Part shown: one piece after another, positions 20,468 through 29,109 of the stretch
Layout of the letters: the number at the start of each line of letters is the position of its first letter
Position numbering within the stretch: position 1 is the first letter of the stretch
Source: Acidobacteria bacterium 13_1_20CM_58_21
Lineage (GTDB): Bacteria; Acidobacteriota; Terriglobia; Acidiferrales; UBA7541
DNA: 51,597 nucleotides
Direction: 5' to 3'
Assembly: GCA_001919715.1 (NCBI GenBank)
Contig: MNIJ01000008.1
Location: forward strand, 1-51,597
Program-made: the position numbers and the translations under genes
Notes under the pieces: generated by a model
What the model was told of the DNA's origin: nothing
Database searches by the model: none
What the model saw: only the letters and a program-made list of their open reading frames with translations

Positions 20468-20484
20468 CCCCGACTTGGTCGGGA
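20468..20484. repeat. Short palindromic repeat CCCCGAC-N3-GTCGGG (related copy at 23269-23287)
   Basis: CCCCGACTTGGTCGGGA here; GCCCTGACCGGGTCGGGGC upstream of the rodZ-like gene. Confidence 0.45.
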
Positions 20485-20574
20485 TGTTCAGTCCTGAACT
20501 CGCTGCTAGGAGCTAGGTACCTTATCTTCATCTTCCGACCGCAGGAGCACTCGAACTCGCAACGCGCTACCTAG

Positions 20575-20956
20575 CCACAGGTTATACCCGTCGGGATCGC
20601 TGACGTACAACTGTTTCATGCCACAATGCGCCACTTGGGGTTCCTTCACAGCCACGCCGCGCGCGCGCAGGTGAGCGTACGCCGCATCCACGTCCGGGCG
20701 ACCAAAGTAAATCGCCGTATCGTCGTGGGCAGCAATGCGAGCGGGATCAGGAACTGACGACCGCGCGTGATTTCGTAAGCCGTGTTTAGCATCAACTCCA
20801 CGCCATTGACCTTGAGCAGCCCAATCGAAACGCTCTCCCCTAGGTTTTGGAGGTGCTCTCCACCTCGAACCCCAGCACATCCCGGTAAAACCCGATGGAT
20901 GTTGGCATGTCGAAGAGTTGCAGCAGCGGCGCCATCCCTCGAATCTCAATGGCCAT
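20575..20956 (-). pseudogene. VOC/glyoxalase family protein, frameshifted
   Basis: MAIEIRGMAPLLQLFDMPTSIGFYRDVLGFEV from ATG 20956, LKVNGVELMLNTAYE, and DVDAAYAHLRARG..GMKQLYVSDPDGYNL need frame changes to join; C-terminus missing. Confidence 0.8.
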
Positions 20957-20976
20957 GTGATCCCCCCGTCGAATGC

Positions 20977-22641
20977 TTATGGTTTGGCGCCATGGCGCCG
21001 GAGCAGCTCGTCAACTTCCGCGTAACCGGATGGAAAATCGATGCCGCTTACCGACGCCCCCGCATGGAGCAGCATCTGAACAGAGTCGGGCGAGCGCCTG
21101 TGCGTCCAATACGAGTCCACGCAGGCACGTACGGCGAGAGCCAACGGCGTGCGTCCCTGGCCATCCTGCACGTCCACTGGCGCCCCGCGTTCGATGAGGA
21201 GTTTCACGGTGGCGTGTTGCGCGCGCCAAGCCGCTACGTGCAGCGCCGTGCTGTTCTTGGCCATATCGAAATAGCCGTCCCCTTCCTTGTACAGCGCGAC
21301 GACGCTCAGCCCGAGATCGAGGAGCTGCCGAACCCCGTCAGTATTCCCTACGCCTGCGAACTCCGCGAGCAGCTTGCCTTCCTCTGCCACCATTTCGCGA
21401 ACGAGCTGAGGTTCACGCCCCGCAATGGAACGAGCTCTCGCCGCATCGTTTCTCGCGCATTCAGCCATAAGTCGCTCGACGCCTTGAAGCACAATAGGAA
21501 TGCCTCGTCGTTCGAATAACTCGAGCACATCACGTCGTCCTCTTCGCGCGGCCATCGCCACGGCGGACTTCCCTGAAGATGCGTGCCGTGAGCGATCTGG
21601 GCAGTCTGCAATGAGCGTCGGGTCCGCACCATGGTCCAGCAACACTTCGAAGATCTTCAGGTCGTTGTCGCACAACACGGCATTGTGAACTGCCGTCTTC
21701 CCCCATCGCGTCCTTCGGTTGGGGTCAACGCCATATTCGAGCAACCATTTGATTCCTTCATAATCGTGCCAGTCGGTCTTGCGGAGCAGGATCATCCCGA
21801 GACTCTCCTCATTGAGCTTTCCGCTCTCCACCAGGGCCTTTAGGGCGGCGTTGTCGTGAGTTTCCGGCGCATGATAGGGCGTTTCCCCATCGTTCGGGTC
21901 CGCGCCGCGCTCGAGCAGCAGGCGAGTCAGCTCCGCGTGGTGCGCAAGTCCGGCGGCGCCGTAGAGCGCGCTCTCCCACTCCGGACGGGGTTGATGAGCC
22001 TTCTCCATCCACCCGGTGTTGGCGCTCGCCCCCGCATCCAGGAGCGCTGTCGCCGCCCGTAGGAAGCCGTCCGACCGCGCGCGATCGAGCCGCAGATATC
22101 TCGAGAAGCAGAGGTGCGTAAGGGCATCCCAACCGTGGGGGCCGCCCTTCGCCGTGGCGTTCCCCGGATTGAGTGCGAGGAACCGTCGCACGCCGGTTTC
22201 GTCGCCAAGAATTGCCGCCGCGTGAATGTCGCAGCTGGCAACCCCTGGGTGCGCCGCCAGGATAGCCTCGGCGCGCTCAAGAGTCCCCGAAGCATGCCCA
22301 GAGTCGCGCGGAACACACGCGGCCTCGATGAACGCCGCCCACGGGTTGTCCAGGACGACAACGGACCCCTCACGAATCAGCGCTTCGACGTGTTTCGCAA
22401 ACTTCGGCCAGCTGACGAAGCCGTGCTCCCGGGCGACCACCAATTGCGCGTCCACAAGAGCAAATTTCGCGTTGCGAATGTCCGCCTCCAACAGTTTCGA
22501 TAGCCGAGGGTGGTGCTTCTTGATTCGCTGAACCGCCTCCGGATCACCTGACTCACCGGTCCGGAAGGCCTTGACGAGCTCCTTGGCTTGTTTCTTGTAT
22601 TGTTCCAGGCTAGGACGAGGGGGTAGTACTTTTGCATCCAT
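20977..22641 (-). CDS. Ankyrin repeat protein with an N-terminal helical LPxxPSLEQxKKQAK...AQxxxAREHGFxSW domain
   Basis: Multiple ankyrin repeats (LLERGADPN, TAVHNA, TALHVAAW, GRTPLALA); strong SD GAAAGGAAGG. Confidence 0.92.
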   Translation of the reverse strand: MDAKVLPPRPSLEQYKKQAKELVKAFRTGESGDPEAVQRIKKHHPRLSKLLEADIRNAKFALVDAQLVVAREHGFVSWPKFAKHVEALIREGSVVVLDNPWAAFIEAACVPRDSGHASGTLERAEAILAAHPGVASCDIHAAAILGDETGVRRFLALNPGNATAKGGPHGWDALTHLCFSRYLRLDRARSDGFLRAATALLDAGASANTGWMEKAHQPRPEWESALYGAAGLAHHAELTRLLLERGADPNDGETPYHAPETHDNAALKALVESGKLNEESLGMILLRKTDWHDYEGIKWLLEYGVDPNRRTRWGKTAVHNAVLCDNDLKIFEVLLDHGADPTLIADCPDRSRHASSGKSAVAMAARRGRRDVLELFERRGIPIVLQGVERLMAECARNDAARARSIAGREPQLVREMVAEEGKLLAEFAGVGNTDGVRQLLDLGLSVVALYKEGDGYFDMAKNSTALHVAAWRAQHATVKLLIERGAPVDVQDGQGRTPLALAVRACVDSYWTHRRSPDSVQMLLHAGASVSGIDFPSGYAEVDELLRRHGAKP

Positions 22642-22773
22642 TACGACCTTCCTTTCGTGACTACGCCTGGAGTCCGCCCAAGTCAGGCTGAAAGAAGGTT
22701 CGTAACCTTCGACGTTTTGCTAAGGTGGGCACGGCCCTTTCCGCGGACTGGATGCGCCCTTCGCGCAAGTCGC
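22642..22773 (-). ncRNA. Structured cis-regulatory leader RNA (putative translational switch)
   Basis: AGUCC/GGACU and GCCCA/UGGGC long-range pairs, hairpin GAAGGUU-acg-AACCUUC, closing stem GACU-u-GCGC/GCGU-AGUC; UACGAACCUUCUUUC is near-complementary to the SD region GAAAGGAAGGUCGUA; -10-like TAGGCT just upstream. Confidence 0.65.
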
Positions 22774-22963
22774 CAGCCTAAGCATTTCCCATGGCCAAGT
22801 CAATCGCGCCATAGCTCTGCGGAATCACCTGCGGGCGGCCGTCGCCGGCTTCAACAGCTATCGGGCGCGATCGATGGGCCTTACTGTTTAGAGGCTGACG
22901 CCAAATCTTATGGCCGGAGGCTTTGAATCAAGCAAATCAAGTGATCCTTCTTCCCCGTTTGAC

Positions 22964-23213
22964 CCCATGGTGAGCGCAAGTCCCGGCCTTCTGGGCGGGC
23001 TGGGCGGGGTAAGTCGGGGTAAGCGATTGCCTTTCTTTTCGGCATAGTATATATTCTTCGCGTCCAAAGACCTACGGGCGGATAGCCCGAAAGTAGAGCC
23101 TCTTCGTAGTCCTCCGCTGAAGTAAGGCGGTTGTGGGAGGAACCCAGAGATTCCCGTAAAACCAGCGGGAACTCCGTAGGAATCCCCGCCATTCATGGCG
23201 GGGAGGATGTCAA
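22964..23213 (+). mobile_element. Non-autonomous IS200/IS605-family element (250 bp, no tnpA/tnpB)
   Basis: Target TTGAC (22959-63); left guide CAAG (22977-80) before an imperfect hairpin; right end GAAT, perfect hairpin TCCCCGCCAT-TC-ATGGCGGGGA, then GGATG-TCAA. Confidence 0.8.
23027..23055 (+). promoter_or_regulatory. Sigma70 promoter internal to the IS605-derived element
   Basis: TTGCCT (23027-32), 17 bp, TATATT (23050-55). Confidence 0.65.
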
Positions 23214-23233
23214 AGTATTGGATTCCTCCGCAT
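23062..23233 (+). ncRNA. TnpB omega-RNA-like scaffold (to 23213) plus predicted guide (about 23214-23233)
   Basis: Stacked stems CTAC-GGGC-ggata-GCCC-gaaa-GTAG, CCGC..GCGG, GAG-a-TTCCCG..CGGGAA-CTC and the right-end hairpin ending in TCAA, as at the 3' end of IS605/IS1341 tnpB loci. Confidence 0.65.
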
Positions 23234-23335
23234 AGTCCGTTCAGGGATTCCACGCCGCTTACCTGATTGCCCTGACCGGGTCGGGGCGTTGGAGACCGAG
23301 GCGCCCGCCGATTCATCAAGGACAGGTTTCAGTTC

Positions 23336-24067
23336 ATGGCCAGGGGAAATTTCGGTGAACGCCTGAAGCGCGAGCGCGAGATACGAGAGGTCTCCCTGGA
23401 CGAACTCACCAAGGCCACGCGCATCAGTGCCCGTTTTGTCGAAGCGCTTGAGAATGAAGATTGGGCAAAGCTGCCCGGCGGCGTCTTCGGCCACGGTTTT
23501 GTGCGCACCATCGCGCGTTATCTGGGCCTCAGTGAAGAAGCACTCCTCGGCGAGTACGATCTTGCCCGCGCCGAACACTCGGCTGCGCCTTTCCCCAAAC
23601 CCGAGGAACGCATTCCATCGCCGCCGAAGTGGCTTCCCGTTCTGGCCGTTTTCATCGCCCTTCTTCTGTTCGCCGGACTTTTCTCTGCCACCCGCTACGG
23701 CTGGCACCGCTACACCGCCTATCGCGACACAAGAAAATCCGTCTCTGGTTCCTTGGCGATGCAGCCTCAATCCCGTTCCGCTTCGGAGCGATCCGCAGAG
23801 CAATCCGCCTCCGCAGCACTTCTCGACCTTTCCATCTCCACCTCCGCGACCACGCGCGTCCGCATCCTCGCCGACGACAAACTTCTTCTCGACTCCGAGT
23901 TGCCTGCCGGCGAGACCCGTCACTTTTCAGCTGGTCAGCAATTCCAAGTGACCGCCGGGGACTCCTCCGCGGTATTGCTGAAATTGAACGGCAAGGCCAT
24001 GCCGCCCCTTGGTGCGCCTGGCGCCTCCGGTACAATGGTGCTGAGTCGGAAGGACTTGAGGCCCTAG
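23336..24067 (+). CDS. rodZ: RodZ-like protein (N-terminal HTH, one TM, C-terminal DUF4115-like domain)
   Basis: FGERLKREREIREVSLDEL..TRIS..EALENE..LPGGVF..GFVRTIARYLGL; TM; AGD..AVLLKLNGK..LG. Confidence 0.8.
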   Translation: MARGNFGERLKREREIREVSLDELTKATRISARFVEALENEDWAKLPGGVFGHGFVRTIARYLGLSEEALLGEYDLARAEHSAAPFPKPEERIPSPPKWLPVLAVFIALLLFAGLFSATRYGWHRYTAYRDTRKSVSGSLAMQPQSRSASERSAEQSASAALLDLSISTSATTRVRILADDKLLLDSELPAGETRHFSAGQQFQVTAGDSSAVLLKLNGKAMPPLGAPGASGTMVLSRKDLRP

Positions 24068-24071
24068 TCTG

Positions 24072-25043
24072 GTGGAAACTCTCAGCCCTGAAATTCTCGA
24101 GGATCTGCGCCACGGCCGCGCCACGCGCGAAAGAAAAATCGCCGTTTGCACCGGCGGTGCCCATCTTGCCCCCGCCGAACGCGCCGAGATTCTCGCAGTT
24201 CTGGCCGGCGACGCCGACGAAATCGTCGCAAACCGCGCGCAAGATGCGATTCTCTCACAGCCCGTAGAATCCTTCGTCGAAGCCCTGAAGCGGGAGCAGG
24301 CTCTGCCTACACTCTTCTCCTATGCGGCAAGGAATCTTGCCGACAAACCCGGCGTCTGCGACGCCATGGTGCAAAACAGAAACTGTCCTGCCGAACATCT
24401 CGTTCCTCTTGTTCGCTACCTCTCGACTCTGGGCATCCAGGCGCTGATGGAAGAACTTGAACGCGTCAGCGAATCTCCGGCGCTGGCCTCCGCTCTCGAA
24501 CACTCCACGTCACTGACCGCCGATCAAAAAAATCAGCTCCACGAACTACACGGCCCCGGTAATCCTGTCGACGAAGCGGCTCTATCGGAAGCCGCGGCCG
24601 CGGTTGAACCCGACGTACTAAGGCGGCAGACTCTGGTTCAGCGTCTGGCGAAAATGACCGTCGCGCAGCGTGTGCAGTTCGCGATGAAAGGCGGCCCGGA
24701 AGCGCGCCGCACGCTCATTCGCGACAACAACAAAGTCGTCCAGCGTGCGGTCCTCCAGTCTCCCCGCCTCACCGACCAGGAAGTCGAAGCCTTCGCTGCA
24801 ATGTCCAGCCTCACCGATGAGATCCTTCGCCTTATCGCCGGCAACCGCAATTTCCGCAAGAACTACACCGTTGTCCGCAACCTCATCAACAATCCCAAGG
24901 CACCTCTTGACGTCACCATGCACATGCTTCCCATGCTCAACGCCGTCGATCTCAAGCGCCTTACTACCAACAAGAACGTTCCCGAAACTCTCCGCACCAC
25001 GGCCATCAAGCTCCAGCGCACCCGCGCCGATCTCAAGAAATAG
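24072..25043 (+). CDS. Conserved hypothetical all-helical protein
   Basis: 323-aa ORF 4 nt after the rodZ-like gene, GC3-rich codons; C-terminal MTVAQRVQFAMKG..EAR..LIRD.NK.V..AVL.SPRLT..EVE. Confidence 0.8.
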   Translation: METLSPEILEDLRHGRATRERKIAVCTGGAHLAPAERAEILAVLAGDADEIVANRAQDAILSQPVESFVEALKREQALPTLFSYAARNLADKPGVCDAMVQNRNCPAEHLVPLVRYLSTLGIQALMEELERVSESPALASALEHSTSLTADQKNQLHELHGPGNPVDEAALSEAAAAVEPDVLRRQTLVQRLAKMTVAQRVQFAMKGGPEARRTLIRDNNKVVQRAVLQSPRLTDQEVEAFAAMSSLTDEILRLIAGNRNFRKNYTVVRNLINNPKAPLDVTMHMLPMLNAVDLKRLTTNKNVPETLRTTAIKLQRTRADLKK

Positions 25044-25055
25044 GGGGTCATTTCT

Positions 25056-25616
25056 TTGGATCCACAAGTCTATGCGGTCTGGAATCGGGGCGTTCTTCGG
25101 CGGACCCTTTTGGCGCCAGCAAGAAGCCGTTTCCAAACTCTTTTCTCTGTTTCCGTCCTTGCCGCCTTGTTCGCTGCTCCCGCGGCGCTCGTCTCCGTTC
25201 GAGCGACCCGCGAAGACGAAAAGCGGTCCTCAGATCCGTGGCCGAGCGCTCAAGCCCTGAAGCCCGACGACTTTGCACGAGAAATCTCGGACCAGAGTGG
25301 GCCTTCTTCCACGGTCATCTGTGTCGGATTCCACACGCTCTTCGCGGGCGGTCATATCCCTGGTGCTTCGTTCCACGGCTCTACTTCGACCCAGCAAGGG
25401 TTCGCGGATTTGAAAAAGTGGGCGGACGGTCTCCCGCGATCCGTGAATCTGGTCATTTACTGCGGCTGCTGTCCATTCGACAAGTGTCCAAACATACGTC
25501 CCGCGTATACGGCTTTGAGCAACATGGGATTCAAGAAGTTGCGGGTCCTCGTTCTTCCCACAAATTTCGCCACCGACTGGGTCGACAAGGGCTATCCCAT
25601 TCAAAAAGGGATGTAG
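25056..25616 (+). CDS. Exported rhodanese-like domain protein (start uncertain)
   Basis: Hydrophobic N-terminus, GHIPGA, LVIYCGCCP, GFKKLRVL, W..KGYPI. Confidence 0.8.
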   Translation: MDPQVYAVWNRGVLRRTLLAPARSRFQTLFSVSVLAALFAAPAALVSVRATREDEKRSSDPWPSAQALKPDDFAREISDQSGPSSTVICVGFHTLFAGGHIPGASFHGSTSTQQGFADLKKWADGLPRSVNLVIYCGCCPFDKCPNIRPAYTALSNMGFKKLRVLVLPTNFATDWVDKGYPIQKGM

Positions 25617-25646
25617 CCCGGCTCAGCATGGTCCATTCGAATTTGA

Positions 25647-27506
25647 TCAGGACGCGGGCACTAGCTTCGGGTGTTGCCGATGGAAATCCGTCGCTTCCTG
25701 GTAGCCGCGCGCGAACGCGAGCAGTTTTGCCTCGCCGTACAATTCTCCGAGAAAGGTCAAGCTGGTGGGAGTTCCGGGGCCGCCTGCGTTCTGGAAATCG
25801 CTCGCTTCTTCGGAGGGCGGCTTCGGCGCGTCCTTTCCGCGCAGCCCATTCGGCAAAATCACCGCCGGGTGTCCGGTCAGATTTGTGATCACCAGTTGTT
25901 CGCCGCTCGTGGGCGCCACAATTACGTCAAAATCATTGAACACTTTTGAGACCGCATCCATCGCCATCCTGCGCGCTCTTGCGGCCTGGATGTATTCCAC
26001 GGCCGGAATGAATCGCGCCGCTCGAAACGTATTCGGCCAGTCATAGTCTTTTTGCGAGGTCAGCAGTTTGTCATTGCCCGTGCGCGTCAGTTCATCGAAC
26101 GCCGCCGCAGATTCCGCCGTCAGCATCGTTACCATGGCATCGTAAGGGAATTTCGGCATCTCTACCGGCACGAGATTCACCCCCATTTCTCGCAATTTCG
26201 CGAGGGCTGCATCGTTGTACTTTTTGTCGTACTCGGCCCGCGCCTGCCGTGCTTCGCGGCGTTTTTTCTGCTCTTCACGCTTTTTCTGTTCTTCGGGAGT
26301 CGCGGCTGGTTCTTCCTTGGCGGACTCTTGCTGCTCATCCGGTTTCCGTTCGAATTCTGTTTTCAAGTAGCCTACTCGCAGTTTTCGCCAATCCAGGTTG
26401 GCGTCCCAATTGAAAGCCGCGGGCTGTGTGGTTCGATCCATGCCATCGGGTCCCTGAATCGCGTCCAAGACGAGTGCGCAATCTTCCACGGTTCGGCAGA
26501 TGGGCCCCAATTTGTCCATGCTCCAAGAGAGTGCCATCGCACCCGTCCGCGGCACCAGGCCAAACGACGGCCGCAGTCCCGTGCATCCGCAGCGTGTCGA
26601 TGGCGACGAAATCGAGCCGAGCGTTTCCGACCCGATGCTGAATGCCACGCATCCCGCCGCGGTTGCAGAAGCGGGACCTGCAGAAGAGCCGCTCGATCCC
26701 TGATTCGTGTTCCAGGGATTCCGCGTTACGCCGCCGAACCACACATCGCCCAGCGCCAGCGCGCCCAGCGTCAATTTCGCCACCAGCACCGCCCCCGCTT
26801 GGTCCAAACGTTTTACAACGGTTGCGTCTTCATCCATCCTCTGGCTTTCGAACCCGCCCGCGCCCCACGTTGTTCGATAGCCCTTTGTCGCCAGCAAGTC
26901 CTTGGCGCCCCAAGGCAAGCCGTGGAGCGGCCCGCGGTACTTTCCCGCGGCAATTTCCGCGTCTGCCTGTTTGGCCTGCGCGAGCGCGCGTTGTTCCGTC
27001 AGCGTCACGGCAAACTTCAGCGCCGGGTCATATTTTCTCAACCGCCCCAGGTACATCTCGGTCAGGGCGAGCGACGAAACTTTTTTCGCTCGAACCAGCT
27101 CACCTAATTCGCGCGCGCTCGCGAACGCCAAGTCCTCGAGATTCTTCGGCGCGCTCGCCGTGGCGGCATTCGCGGCTTTGGACATCCGAATGGGCTTTCG
27201 CTCGGTTTCGAATCTCATCCCCGGAAGAACGGGATCAAAAATCAGGGCCGGGTCAACAGAATTGGGAATATGCAGCTTGTAAATTTCTTCATAGCGCTTG
27301 ACCTGATTGTTCAGGTTTTCGAGCATCATCTCTTTGTATTCTTCGGCAATTGGGACGTCCGCGACGACGGCCGCACTTTCAATCATTTCTTTAGTGATCT
27401 TCTTCGCCGCGTGCACCTGTGCTTGCGCCCACAACACCCCTGGAAAAAGTGTTCCTAGCAGACCCATTTCCGAACACGTCTTCATGAAACTTCGCCGATC
27501 CAGCAT
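25647..27506 (-). CDS. Amidase-signature family enzyme with Tat signal
   Basis: DRRSFMK; GPLHGLPWGAKDL, GSSGSSAG, IGSETLGSISSPS, LTGHPAV. Confidence 0.92.
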   Translation of the reverse strand: MLDRRSFMKTCSEMGLLGTLFPGVLWAQAQVHAAKKITKEMIESAAVVADVPIAEEYKEMMLENLNNQVKRYEEIYKLHIPNSVDPALIFDPVLPGMRFETERKPIRMSKAANAATASAPKNLEDLAFASARELGELVRAKKVSSLALTEMYLGRLRKYDPALKFAVTLTEQRALAQAKQADAEIAAGKYRGPLHGLPWGAKDLLATKGYRTTWGAGGFESQRMDEDATVVKRLDQAGAVLVAKLTLGALALGDVWFGGVTRNPWNTNQGSSGSSAGPASATAAGCVAFSIGSETLGSISSPSTRCGCTGLRPSFGLVPRTGAMALSWSMDKLGPICRTVEDCALVLDAIQGPDGMDRTTQPAAFNWDANLDWRKLRVGYLKTEFERKPDEQQESAKEEPAATPEEQKKREEQKKRREARQARAEYDKKYNDAALAKLREMGVNLVPVEMPKFPYDAMVTMLTAESAAAFDELTRTGNDKLLTSQKDYDWPNTFRAARFIPAVEYIQAARARRMAMDAVSKVFNDFDVIVAPTSGEQLVITNLTGHPAVILPNGLRGKDAPKPPSEEASDFQNAGGPGTPTSLTFLGELYGEAKLLAFARGYQEATDFHRQHPKLVPAS

Positions 27507-27860
27507 CCCTATCCTCCCCCTTGTGCAATCCCGCAGGCGAGCGCGTAAGATACCACACCATTGTCCTCATCTACTTCGCATGTCTCTATCGCGACGAAAA
27601 TCTTCAAAACTGTTTTTCAAGGGTGTTCCTCCTAATAAACGAAATGCGCGTGGTAACCCTTCGTTCGCCGCAAGACGGTGCCACATGGCGCCTGACTGTT
27701 CCGTTACGGCCGGTTAACCACCCGATGGGTTCCTACTCGCCAGGCCCTGCGCATTTGTTCGTCCTCCGGTCGCCGCGCTGTCCTCCGTCGGCCTGCAGCA
27801 GCGTTTTTGCGCTGACCCTAGGGAGTGTTATACGATTCCGGCATTCTGAAAGGAGTTTCC

Positions 27861-28210
27861 ATGACGCGTTTTACGAGGTCTTCCGTTTTCCTCGCACTCT
27901 TCCTTCTCGGTTTTCCCCTCGGGCGTCTCCACGGCTCCAGGGCTGGCGATCCCCTCGCTGCCGGCAAAGAGGTGGTCCTCAAGGCCGCTGATATCACTCC
28001 GAAAATCTTCCCGGAACGCGTTTTTTTTTCGAGGCCAGAGTGCGCCAGTGCAGTTCCGCAACAGCGGCGGCGTTCACCTTGCTGACGACTTTTATGTTCT
28101 CGTGGGACTGGTGGACAGCTCCGGCTACTCCTCGGGAATCAAGGAGAAATACCAAGCCTATCTCCTTAACGAGGTCACTCTCGAAATAGCCGGTCAAACT
28201 TTGGCCCCGC
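27861..28210 (+). pseudogene. Secreted hypothetical protein, frameshifted in a T9 run and apparently 3'-truncated
   Basis: SD AAGGAG, ATG 27861, signal peptide, ..FPERVFF; removing one T (28021-29) continues RGQSAPVQFRNSGGV..LVDSSGYSS..EKYQAYLL.EV. Confidence 0.6.
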
Positions 28211-28656
28211 CCAGCGCCGCGCGTGCCTCGCGGATTTGCCGATGCGGTTCCGTCCGATTTGCCTGTCGGCGTGGCCGGAATGTTGGCCTTGCTTGGCGCG
28301 GCCGCGCCGTTGCGAGGATGCAAACGCGAGGATCAAGGATGCCAAAGCCGGCAGACGCACGATTCTTGTGCTCATAAACTACCCCTCTCGTCCGAATCTC
28401 GGCTCGGACCTGGCTCACTCCATCTTGCTCGACTTGAAAATTCTGAGGGAGCGTACGAGAAAGAACCTCGCTGGCAGCCCGGAAACCCGGAACGCAAGGA
28501 CTTAACTCTAGGACTTTGGACCGAGATGATCGGGCAGGAACGCGGCTCGCAGCAAACTGTGAAAGACTTCCGCCACCTATTTTCCATTGCATCATACCGA
28601 AACGCATCATAGGATGACGCACGCAGTTCCCCGCAGTGCTGACCGGAGAAAAATTC

Positions 28657-29082
28657 GTGCACATGCATAGCTTGAATTGGCTGGCAATCCTGGTAGCCGC
28701 GATATCCACAATGATGGTGGGATTCCTGTGGTACTCGCCCCTGCTGTTCGCAAATGCCTGGGTACGCGAGATGGGCTATGACCCGAACGACAAAGCCCGG
28801 ATGAACGAAATGAAGAGGAGCGCCGGCCCGGCCTATGCGGGTTCTCTTTTGGCCAGCATTGTGTCGGCCTTCACGCTGGCGCTGATCCTTCACGGGCTTC
28901 GCGCGGAAAGCGTACACGTAGGCTTGATGGTTAGCTTCCATGTGTGGCTCGGATTCGTCGCCACCGTGCAATTGACTGGCGCGCTGTTCGCGAAGCAGAG
29001 CATGAAGCTCTTCGCCATCAACACTGGCTACCAGCTCGTCTGCTACCTCGTCATGGGAGCGATCCTCGCTGTTTGGAGTTAA
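28657..29082 (+). CDS. DUF1761 family membrane protein
   Basis: NWLAILVAA....GFLWYSPLLFANAW, INTGYQLV; GGAGA SD before GTG. Confidence 0.85.
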   Translation: MHMHSLNWLAILVAAISTMMVGFLWYSPLLFANAWVREMGYDPNDKARMNEMKRSAGPAYAGSLLASIVSAFTLALILHGLRAESVHVGLMVSFHVWLGFVATVQLTGALFAKQSMKLFAINTGYQLVCYLVMGAILAVWS

Positions 29083-29109
29083 GGGCGTGCTCAAACAGGA
29101 GAAACCGGC

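Noticed and set aside
22991-23023. Tandem CTGGGCGGG x2 and CGGGGTAAG x2 as a possible mini-CRISPR
   Set aside because: Units are 9 bp with no spacers; they look like local duplications at the element's left end.
22888-23319. 143-aa and 94-aa minus-strand ORFs across the IS605-like element
   Set aside because: No TnpA (HUH/Y1) or TnpB (RuvC, zinc finger) motifs; better explained as the reverse reading of a structured RNA element.
28210-28620. Short ORFs between the T9 pseudogene and DUF1761
   Set aside because: No motif, SD or clear frame; left unannotated.
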